From contig CM035352.1 of assembly GCA_020137815.1 (NCBI GenBank), positions 9,052,001-9,116,000 of the forward strand: a stretch of DNA of 64,000 nt. The letters are read 5' to 3'. Within the stretch, counting starts at the first letter, position 1; each line of letters opens with the position of its first letter. This document shows, piece after piece, positions 48,199 to 59,600 of this stretch. A program made the translations under genes and the position numbers. The notes below the pieces were generated by a model. The model worked only from the letters and a program-made list of their open reading frames with translations. It searched no databases and had not been told where the DNA came from. The stretch comes from Hormiphora californensis (lineage: Eukaryota; Animalia; Ctenophora).

Positions 48199-49968
48199 CT
48201 TTTGCGCGTTTATCACATGTTAACGTGTAGCGCGCGCAGCGTAAATTAAAATATCGCACGCGCACGAGTTGAGGGGTGAACAGTTGAATAAAAATGGACT
48301 TTAGTCTGATTTTTAATAACTGTCGTTTTTTTAGAGTTTTTAAATTTCTTAAAATGACCATAAGTTCGGTTCCTGATGAGATAGAGACTTGAAATTTGGA
48401 GGTTATGAAGATCCTGGTAAGTTCTTCCGAACCTCCAAATTTCAAGTCTCTATCTTATCAGGAACCGGAGATATGACAAACTTTGTTATTTTTGAGAAAC
48501 GACAGTTATTTAAAATCCGACTTAAAATCTGGGTGCTTGGTGAGTGCTGACAAACGGTTTTTAGGATTAGGACTAATTGCTGAAGTAGGGTTTGGGTTGG
48601 GGTTAGGCCTTGACATTTCCTAACAGATAAACTTTGAATTAGCCAAAACGGTTCAGTGGTTTGGCGGTTAGAGCCATTTTAGTGAATCAACTTTTTTGGC
48701 AGCGTGCACCTGTAAAAAGGTCACCCGAACATCCAGATCGTAACGGGGCCCTTAAAATTGCTAACAATTCATCGATTTTGGCGGTCGATACGGGTTAGGG
48801 ATTCCCGTTAGTGTCTGGTTTGGGTTTGGTTTGGGGTTATCGGTTAGTGCTATCGATTGTCTATCAGATACCGTTTAGTTTACTCAATTTGGTCATGTGG
48901 TTGCGGGGCTAGCCGTTTAAAAAAGTCGGTCTAGAAAATAAAAGTGTACTCTTTTTGGTAGAGCGTACCTGTAAACAGGCTGCAAGACACCCAGATTAAT
49001 CACGCCCGGTTGCAACTTCCAAAATTCGGAAAATTTCTGACGTAAATGTTCACAGCGTAACGAGTTTTGACCAATCATTGCGAAGATTAAGTTAAACTTT
49101 TCCTATCAGAAGATATAGTTCAATGAAAAGCGTCAGAAAGCCAGCTAAGAACTCTGAGAACCTTTCCACTGAGATACCAGAGGGTGTTGGTGTATCACAG
49201 GACAGTATTTCATTCAAATGTAAGGGCTGTGGAAAATCAGGTTATCACCCTCTTGAATCAGGGTACCGACTTGTTAAAACAGCCATGTTGGTGGAAGCTG
49301 CAACCCAAACTAGGGATGGCTCAATGCTCCCTGAGATACGAGTTGAGGATGCTGGGGTTGTGGAGAGTTTGGGACTTTTGGATCCTATAAACGTAGAAAA
49401 AGAGGCCCTATCAACGGTGACTCCCCTCCTACTACTTATTTTCGTGCATTGTAGTTGTGTCTTCGGATGGTTAGTTTTGCAGGGGGAGGAAATATCAAAG
49501 ACGAAAAGCCGATTAATGATTTTTAGTTAGTTTTTATTTCCTGTACAGTGTAATAGATTCTAAATCTTCCTATTATTTTCAGATGATTGTTCTGACTCAG
49601 ATGAAGAGGAAACTGGTATGAGGATGAGGATGGTAGCTTTGAGATGAAATGATTATAATATTGACCTCTGAATCATTCTGGTGAAGAAGATGCTCAGCCT
49701 TGTTCTACCCAAAATATCACACCTCCAAACCTTTGCCAGATTCACACACCAATCCAATCAATTATCAATCCATATTGCATCTTGTATATCTTAAACCAAA
49801 TCTACAACATTTCCATACCAAACAGGCTAATTATTCTCCGATCAAATTCTTTGGTTAACTCTTTTTCGGACTCTTCCAGTTTATCGGTCAAAGCCAGATT
49901 CAATTTTCTCGACAGAACTTCTTCTGATGACATAACCAACTGATAGTGATAATCGTTTCCAGTGTAAA

Positions 49969-50646
49969 ATGAGGGGGTGCTCTGTTGTAAAACTTAGAGA
50001 AAATGAACTGTTTGAGCACGTTAGAATTGATCATGCAGATAGGAAATATCGGTGTAAAGTTTGTCCTATGGCATGCAAAAAGTCCAGTCATCTTGCTCAG
50101 CACATTCTGATTCACAGTGGAGATAAACCTCACCAATGTGACGAATGTGGAATGAAATTTGCACAAAAAGGTGTTTTAATGCAACATCGTCTTTCTGTCC
50201 ACTGTGATCCTAATAAAAAGATTGTTGCTTGCCGACTCAAAGGTTGTGGATTGAGATTACCCAAAAATGAGTTGTACGAGCACATTAGGACTACACATCC
50301 GAAAGAAAAGTTCCAGTGTGATGTTTGTCCTATAAGTTTCAAAACACCGACACAACTGTCCGTACACAAGCGGAAACATGATAAAAATAAACCATACAAA
50401 TGTGATATTTGTGATAAGAGATTTACTCAATACGGTTCTCTTAAAAATCATCTTAATTTACATACCGGGAAGCTTCCATTCAAATGTGATGTGTGTGGTA
50501 AAGGTTTTGCTCAACCAGTTTCTATCAAGAGGCATATGAGGACACACACTGGTGAGAAACCTTTTGCTTGCTCTCACTGTGGGAAATATTTTGCCTCATC
50601 TTCAAATAGAAAATGTCACGAAGTTTCCTGTTCTGTGATAGAGTAA
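49969..50646 (+). CDS. Tandem C2H2 (Kruppel-type) zinc-finger ORF; possible upstream exons (49123-49416, about 49583-49740) look degenerate
   Basis: About 8 fingers with HSGDKPHQC, HTGKLPFKC and HTGEKPFAC linkers. Confidence 0.8.
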   Translation: MRGCSVVKLRENELFEHVRIDHADRKYRCKVCPMACKKSSHLAQHILIHSGDKPHQCDECGMKFAQKGVLMQHRLSVHCDPNKKIVACRLKGCGLRLPKNELYEHIRTTHPKEKFQCDVCPISFKTPTQLSVHKRKHDKNKPYKCDICDKRFTQYGSLKNHLNLHTGKLPFKCDVCGKGFAQPVSIKRHMRTHTGEKPFACSHCGKYFASSSNRKCHEVSCSVIE

Positions 50647-50652
50647 TAGTTA

Positions 50653-52584
50653 AAGTGAGAGTGGACCAACACAGAATTGGACCAGATTGTTAGAACTACA
50701 GTCGGACCCCGATTTAGGGACACCCTCGGGGAAAGGGTCTTGTCCACTAACCGGGGTGTCCACTAAATCGGGGTGAGCCATATTTGACCCAAAAACCTAT
50801 TTTATTGCCCAAAATGCTATATTATTAAACTAAAGACACCTCAACTGTTATATGCAATATTCGTATTGATGACATGAATTTCTGATTAGAAAAAGAAATA
50901 TAAAAGAATTCTTTTTCAAAAAAATGTGGAAAATTTTCTAAGTTATACCAGCCCGTCCGTTTTGTATTTCGAATCGTTGCAACTTACTGGATATCCTGTC
51001 TAATTGCGGTTCAAAACGAACCGATACGTGATACCATACCGAATCGGGGCACCCTAAGCGGGTGAGGAAGTATAAACATTTCAAAATAACTTTTTCTCTC
51101 AAAATTTATGGGGAGCACCGATCAAAGCATTGACAATCGTACTGTAAATTTTGCAAAAAAGTTATAAAATTTTTTAAGGGATACCAGCCACGTCCGAATC
51201 GTGTTTCGAATCGGTGCATCTTATTGCATGTCCTGCTGCTAATTAGACGGAACGAATCGAAAGTGATCCCCATCGAATCGAAATTTTGACGCTTGGACCT
51301 TGGTGAACTTGTGATTCGATGGGCACCATGGGGATCACGTATCGGTTCGTTCCGAACCGTCTAATTAGCAGAAGGACATGCGATAAGATGCACCGATTCG
51401 AAACACGATTCGGACATGGCTGGAATCTTTTTGAAAAATTTCACAAAAAATTTCCCAAAAAAATTCAAAATTTTTGGGGGGAAAAAATCCTGTCCCTAAA
51501 TCGGGTTGTCCCTAAATCGGGGGTCCGACTGTAATAGAGAATAGTTCTCTGAGCATTTTGCCCTTTTCCCGCTTAAATTATACTCTCCATCACGGAGATA
51601 TTTTGTCACAACGGTAGAATTTCTTTTTCTGTATTCTAGGCACACATGACAGGGTGCACTGCACCCTGTCACAGTGCGCACACATGCATAGACACTAGAC
51701 AGGGATTGGTAAACTGATCATTCTCATTTAAGTGGCAAAATTCAAAATGCTAAGAGAGCTATTCTCTACTAACGGGTGACAACTAAAATCTGGACTTTTC
51801 TGTGAGCTCTAGCGCCGGCCCCGCTTGAGATAAAGCTTCAGGCCTGAGCAAGAACGATTTTTCAGACATTTTGAATCAGAATAACACAACGGGAAAAACT
51901 AAAAAGTTCATTTTCATTGCGATATCTCATCATTTCCTCTTGACCCACCAAAGCATGTGTACTTGAAATTTACACACTTTTCTAGCACCTCTAGCGCCTG
52001 TTCTTTTTGAGATACAGCTTCGAGGCAGCGATAGAATGATTTTCAGACGATTTTGAACGAAATTAATTTTGTTTCACACTCCGATAATCTCAATTCAATC
52101 ACAGAATCATCTGTAACAACACTTCAAAGTGTAGTTTACAGGTAATTTGAGAAATCGCCATTTTGACGATCTCTCGAAACATTTATGACGTGGAAAACCA
52201 ACTTCCTGATAACTAAATGTTGAAACTTGGCAGTTTATGTTGGTTATCATTATGGCATGAACAACCATTATTTCAAATTTGAGATTTACACTCATCGGGA
52301 AGGTCGTTTCTGATCAAACCAGAATCTCAAATCTCCGTAAACATGCTTTGGTGGGTCAAGAGGAATGATGCGATATCGAAATGAAAAATGAAAACTTTTT
52401 AGTATAAATTTTCCGTTGTGTTATTCTGATTCAAATTGTCTGAAAAATCGTTCTAGCTCAGGCCTGAAGCTGTAAATCTCAAGCGGGGCGGCGCTAGAGC
52501 TCACAGAAAATTGTCCAGATTTTTTAGTTGTCACCCGTTTCTTCAACATCGTGTCTAACTTCTGCTGTCGGTCCACTCTCACTT
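50653..52584. mobile_element. Long-TIR non-autonomous element with two MITEs nested in its left TIR
   Basis: aagtgagagtggacc...ggtccactctcactt; the inverted match continues at 51771-51960 versus 52340-52539. Confidence 0.75.
50699..51531. mobile_element. Tc1/pogo-type MITE with TA TSD
   Basis: TA|CAGTCGGACCCCGATTTAGGGACA...TGTCCCTAAATCGGGGGTCCGACTG|TA. Confidence 0.9.
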
Positions 52585-52924
52585 GTACTGTTTGCTATTA
52601 TTATATTGAAGAAGATAAACTAGACACAACCATAATATAATAATGTATCTAGTTATTTGAACATTATATTCTCAAAACAAAAGAGCAAATAGCAAAACTA
52701 TGAAAAGTGCGGAAGGTCCCATACGCATCATGTCGGACAATCATAACAGAAAAATTCATGACGGATAGAAAAGAAAAAGAGAGACCGTAAATAAGTCAAA
52801 CAATTGAAGATGTTCGGAAATGTACATCATGAAATAATTGCTTTGCTGCATGGATAGGACGAAAAGACGTGAAGACTGTACCAAAAACAATGAAAGTAGG
52901 AGAGAAGAGAACATTGGTGAGCGA

Positions 52925-53002
52925 TGGAGACGAGTGAGAGAGAGTGAGAGGAGAGAGAGAGAGGGAGGAGAGCAGGAGAAGACGTGAGAGAGGAGAAGAG
53001 AG

Positions 53003-53047
<45 letters not shown>

Positions 53048-53183
53048 GAGAGAGAGAGAGGAGAGAGGAAGGAGAGAGGATAGAGAGAGAAGGGAGATGA
53101 GAGATGGAGGGGAGGAGAGAGTTCGACGAGAGAGAGAGCGGAGGAGAGAGGAGGACGAGCGATTGAGGAGAAGATAGAGAGAG

Positions 53184-53264
<81 letters not shown>

Positions 53265-53310
53265 GAGAGAGAGGGAGACAGGGAGACAGGGAGGATAGAG
53301 AGGGATAGAA
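52925..53310. repeat. Degenerate (GA)n purine tract
   Basis: Visible simple repeat. Confidence 0.9.
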
Positions 53311-53548
53311 CGAACAGGAATAAGTTACCCTCGAAAAATATTGAGATACCGAGGGATATCTAATGAGAGTTCGTGATGATACCCGGCAGGAGCAAAAGGT
53401 GTAAGTGGGTCACCTTTCCCGCCAACTAATTTCAATTAGTTTTTGGCTTATGTATTGTATAGTAAATTCAAGATATCGATCAAGATAACGTAATTCTGAA
53501 AAAAGAGATCTGAGCAAGAATTAAATAGGGAAGAAAATCGAAAAATAC

Positions 53549-53623
53549 TGGGTTTGACCGGGAATTGAACCAGGGACCTCCAGAGGGACATACTCGGAGC
53601 TATACCACTAAGCTGCCAAACCC
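53549..53623 (-). pseudogene. tRNA-like sequence (pseudo-tRNA or SINE head)
   Basis: GGGTTTG/CAAACCC acceptor stem, AGCTTAGTGG A-box, GGTTCAATTCC B-box; anticodon loop TATGTCC is non-canonical. Confidence 0.65.
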
Positions 53624-53671
53624 CATGGGGTTAAAAAATTTGTGCTAGCCCCTGAATGTTCATTAACTTAC

Positions 53672-56600
53672 CTGTAAATCCAGCTGGTTGATAGTAAATG
53701 TAATTCTCAGTTAAAGGAACACTTGGAAAGGAAAGTATCGTCTCATCACTACACAGGTTCACTGTGATGTCTCCAGTGATGGCAGCAGATAGTATAATAT
53801 CCCTCCAAGTGTCTTTCACTTTTCGCTGAAAGTATCAATTATTATTTAAACTTAGATTGTTTTTTCTAAATATAACTTTTGAAAAGGAGTACACACATGC
53901 AATGTACTTACCGTGGTATTAAGGGATAGTTGTACTATCTGATTATTGGTTAAGGCACCATTAAACCAGTTGAAGTTAGCAATGCTGCCTGCAAATGACT
54001 GGGATGTTTCGAACGAAGGACTCCCTATTCCACCGTCATGCTCCTGATTGATTAGTAATTAATAATTAGTAATTAGTAACTAGTAATTGGTAATTAGTAA
54101 TTAGTTATTAGTAGTTAGTGATTAGTAGTTAGTAGTTAGTAATTAGCTGCTACAACACGGACACCTTTGAACCCGATTGACAGACACGACAGTGAAGTAA
54201 GAGATGGGATATCGTAAAATGCTTCGGGTCACAATGTGATCCGATCACATGTACGGGGGGGGGGGGGGGTTTGATAGCACTATGACTCAAACTACCGAGT
54301 ATTACATTCAAGTTCAATACCTGTGCAAATACGACCCATAAGTTGGATAGATCAAGTGATGATTTAGTAGTTGAAGATGGTGTACCACAATCCCCATTAA
54401 CACATAGAGTGATTCCACTAGAGGTTAGGTCGAGTATACTGCACAAGTGGTACCAAGTACCCGGGGAGAGAGGTTCCTGTGGAGATTAACGATAACCAAA
54501 TAGCAAGACAACAACAAGATCGAGAGAGCCATGATTAATATCACTACTACATTAGTAATATCACTGCTATACTGTTACCTCATAGTACTCTGTGTTACCG
54601 ATCCATCCCATCCACAGACCAAATCTTCCTGAATTATCAATGGAGAAGCACAAAGTGTCAGCGTACGTAGCAAAGATGTAATCTGAAATGGTGTGAAGAA
54701 CATGGTGCATGGTCCTAACTTCTCTATTCTACCGCGTGGCCCAAATTAAAGGGAGGGTACGTTGGCCTTCTTTTCACCTAGAAGTTTAATTTCAATCACT
54801 CTGATATTTTGACACAATGTCTGCATGGTTACTCATTCGAGGAATCGGAGGGTGAGATTCCTTCCTACGCCTGATGGAGTGCGGGCCGGGGCTAACGTCT
54901 AGCACAACCCTACTAAAAGGGATGTAGCTAGCGATAGTGTCTAAAGACTCCATCTCTGGAGAGCATACCCAGGGGACAAACCACACACCCCCTGTAATGG
55001 GTCTCTCCATCTAACATGGACTAACCCAACCCCTTAATCAAGATTAAAAAATTCCAAACTACTAATAAATTCACTCCAGGTACAATGGTAGAAAACCAGC
55101 AGAGACCGGAGTTAAACACTTCATTATATTATTACCCAGGGGCTCTTTTACGTTCCCCTGTAACTACCAGAGCCAAGTTTTGGGACGGGGCAACTACAGG
55201 GATGCCCAAATCAAATGGGCTACCCTTGCTCCCGACCTTACATAACCTAACTAAAGAACCAATATATAGGCCAATAGGGTGTGTAATTCGCCGACCCCCA
55301 GGCCACGGGGCCTTAATTCCGTGGTCACGAGGCGTCTCTTCTTTCCCTTTTAAAACAACGGGGCATATCATTACTGACCCGCCATAATCCCATGCTATAT
55401 GGAGAATTATATTACCTTCACAAACCATCTAAGTGAGGACTCTCACTACCCTTATCTCCCCCAAATAGCTAGAGGACTCTCAGCAACTCCGCACAGGGCC
55501 CCCATCCCAGGAGGGCCCTTCAGGGAGCACCCTCTATCCGGGGAGCACCCTCCATTACATGAGGGCACCAGCCCCTGTAAAACGGGACTATCGCCCGTAA
55601 GAGAAGCTGACCTTCTAAATGATGGAGATTCGGGCAGTGTAGCGACAGGGAAAGGGCAGAAGAGTCAAATCGCAGCCCCGAATAGTGCAGGTGGAATCCA
55701 AATGACCCTCCGAAAGGAAGGGACAGGGAGGTCCAACACTGCCCGCGGAGCCCAAGACAATCTGCCGCCCCCACCCCAGAAGGAGGGGCAGCAGAGTCTA
55801 GGGCCGCCTCCAGGACCCTCAGCAGCCAAGAAAATAATTAAAAACATCAGAGTAACACAAATTAACCTCCATAAAAGTCATGAAGCATGGGATGACATAA
55901 TCACCTGTAACCAAACACGATCACAAATTATCCTAGCCCAAGAACCACCTATTATAGGGAAAACATCTAAAGTTAGAGCCAGCGGAGGATTCTCTGCCCT
56001 ATATGACAAAAGGGCTCAGAGACCACGTGCGAGCATCTTAATCAATAGTAACCTAGGGAGGAACGTATTTCTCCTTGACAAATTCACTGACAGGGACACA
56101 GTCACTATCCTTGTCAAACTGGGCACCAAATCAGTCATTTTATGCTCAATGTACATGGACAGAGAGCTAGAATGCCCTCCTAAATTACTAGGAGAGTTGG
56201 CAGCCCACGCAAAAAGAAATAACCTGAAACTAGTAATTGGATCTGATACCAACGCCCACAACACTAGTTGGGGGGCACTGGTTGAAGATCCTATTGGGAA
56301 GAAAAGGGGAGATGCACTATTAGATGCCATTGTAGATCTTGATCTGCATGTATCGAACGTGAATTGCCCCCACACTTTCGACAATGGAACAAGAAAAAAT
56401 GTGCTAGATCTTACCATGACCAACAACCATGCACTGGACATGATACAAGACTGGCAGACAGTAGAAGGAAAATGCAGATCCGACCACGTACCCATCACAT
56501 TTGTGTTGAGGGACATGGACGGTAGCAAGATCCGCTCATTCTACAATATTAAGAAAACAAACTGGGCCCTATATAGACAACTTGTGGAAAAGGGCCTAGA

Positions 56601-59600
56601 AGAAACAGGACTGATAGAAATGGTAATATCAAATGCCGAAGAACTTGAAACAGCCAACGAAAAACTAATAGAACTGATGCTGTGGGCATACTACAAGTGT
56701 ACCCCAAAAACATACGTTTCCGCCCACTCCAAAGACCCCCCGTGGCTCAGTGGGGAGGTCAAGGCAGCTAGGGAAGAAATGTTTGATAAACTGAGACACG
56801 CCCAGACCACGAAAGTGCATCAGGACTGGGACTCAGCAAAAGCAGCTCGAAACAAATACACAAAAACCAAAAACCAGTCTAAATTTAAAAACTGGAAAAT
56901 ATGGGCTGAAGATCTCGATGCATATTCAGATGCCCAGAAGGTTAGCCAAGTGCTCAAGAACAGTAAAGATTATAATCTCAGCTGTATCTTTGACGCAAAT
57001 GGTGAACTATCACAGTCCCCTAAAGAAACCCTCCAGATAATGGCAGAGGTTCACTTTGGCGAGGACCACTCAACTAGACCCTCCCTCAAGGACAAAACTG
57101 AAGCCCTAGAAGGGGAGTGGTCTGATGAAAAAACATTCTCGAAAACACGTATCATCAAGGCGCTGAGGGAATTTAAACCCTTAACAGCTGCTGGGCCGGA
57201 TGGCATCAGGCCCATCATGATGCAAAAAGTAGCAGACATTATTGCTGAACCATTTGCAAAGATAGCTAAGGCATCGTACAGTCTAGGGGTAACCCCCAAA
57301 TCCTGGCAGGAAGCAGAAGCCATCTACCTGCCCAAGCCAGGAAAGGATGACTATCGTATGCCTAAATCATACCGAACAATTACCCTTGCGTCAAACCTCC
57401 ACAAACTCATGGAACGGTTAATTCTATGGCACATTGAGGTAGACCAAAAAGTACACAAAAAATTAAACAAGTCGCAATATGGATTTAGAAGAGGCGTTTC
57501 AACAGAAACAGCCCTCCATAAAGTAGTACGCAAACTCGAAGGCACCCTCATGCACAAGGGCATTGCCCTGGGCACGTTCTTGGACATCGAGGGAGCCTTC
57601 GATAATGTGGCATTCCAAGCTATGGAAAGAGCCCTTCATGCAAAGCTACGCGACAAAAGAACAGCGGTCTGGATCACCTACATGATCTCAAACCGCGAAA
57701 TAACCACGAACCTAATGGAAGAGTCCCTTACTATAAGAGCCACCCGGGGTTGTCCCCAGGGAGGAATACTTTCCCCGTTCCTATGGAACCTGGTAATGGA
57801 CGATCTACTAAACCATAGCAAAAAGAATATACCAGGTGAACTACAGGGCTTTGCGGATGACTTATGTCATATAGTAGCAACCACAATGCCCTCCGGAAGA
57901 AATGGACCCTCTGCGGACATACTCCCTCTAAGGGACGCGACCCAGAAGGGGCTTAATTCCATAAACGCCTGGTGTAAGACAGTAGGGCTCAAACTAAGTG
58001 CCCTGAAATCGCATATAGTCATATTCACCCATCGAAAAAATGTGAAAATTGGAAACCCGATCAAAATTCAGGGTAACCCTATCAAAGTGTCCGAATCCAC
58101 GAAGTTTCTAGGGATTACCCTTGACAGCAAACTGAACTGGAACGAGCACGTAAACAAACAAATAAAAAAAGCAAAAAATATCCTGATGCAGTGCCGTAAA
58201 GTGGTGGGACCCACGTGGGGACTAAACCCTAAAACGGCCCTATGGATATACACTGCAATAGTGAGACCCACCTTATGCTACGGGGCAATGGTCTGGGCTA
58301 ATGCAATGCGAACCAAAACAAACAAAGAAAACATGATAAGGGTACAGAGGCTAGCACTCAAGATGGTAACTGGGGCCATGCCCTCGACGCCATCAACAGC
58401 CCTAGACACAATCACAAACACCGCCCCGATCACCGACCATCTGAGGTACTGTGCAGCCAAAACTGCATACACCCTAATGGCAACGGGAGAATGGGAAGGG
58501 CCAATAAAATCAGACCTAAAGACCCCAAAAGTGTTCACTTCGCATGCCAACACGGTATCACGTGATCTCAGAACTCTGGAAGCAGAGGGCAGATGTCACG
58601 ATCTCACAACCCCGGAACTCACCCTAGACAGGGAATTCTCGTTAGAGATCCCAGAAAGGGAGACGTTTTTGGAGGATGGAGACAAGTACACGATAGTTGC
58701 ACACACTGATGGGTCAAAAATTAACAACAATGCCGGTGCAGGATACATTATCCACTCTGGCGAAACAGAGCTAGCTCGAAATTCGTATAACCTAGGCCCC
58801 GAAGGAACTGTCCCGGCGGCAGAAATGTATGCCATACAACAGACGGCTCAATATCTCCTGGATAGGGGAACAGCTAACGAGCGAATACTCATAAACTGTG
58901 ACAGTCAAGGGACAATAAAGACCCTAGACTCCACGACATGCAGATCAAAAACCACGATAAAGACTATCAAAAATCTGAACACCCTGGCCATATTCAACGA
59001 TGTCATGATTAGATGGATCCCGGCCCATCAAGGGTACGATGGAAACGAAATAGCAGACATCTTGGCAAAAAGGGGTGCTCAGGAAATCGAAGAAGTTACT
59101 CTCATACCAATTCCCAAAGCGGCAGCCTATGCAGCCCTCAGGGAGAAGGTTAAAACCGGACCCATCAAACAAACCAAACATATGGACATGATGTGGACCG
59201 AAAGATATGAGAGACCTCTTCAAAAACTTAATAGAACAGACCTAAGGGCGGCGACACACCTACTCACAGGGCACTGCCACCTTAACTACCACATGAAAAA
59301 ATTAAAAAAAGTCGAGACCACAACCTGTGCAGCATGTGGGATGGAAGACGAGACAATAAAGCATGTACTTACTGAATGCCCCGCCCTTTGGAAACTCCGA
59401 CAGGAATCCTTTGACAGGCTGGGCCTCAGCATGTACGAAATTAGACACCATCAACCCCTTAGAAAAACGATCTCGTTCTATAAGAAGGCGATGGAGATAC
59501 TTCACCCCCCTGAAACCACCCCTTAAAGGGAGGTTTCCCCTGTGACTTGGTATGGCACCAGCTCCCCAAGTCTCCTTGGGCCGAAGCAGTTGGCAACATA

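Noticed and set aside
53549-53623. Functional tRNA-Thr(TGT)
   Set aside because: Lacks U33 and a purine at 37, and the anticodon stem is bulged.
54847-54905. HDV-like ribozyme at the LINE 5' end (GGCTAA motif)
   Set aside because: The P1/P3/P1.1 order could not be fitted by eye; kept only as a structured leader.
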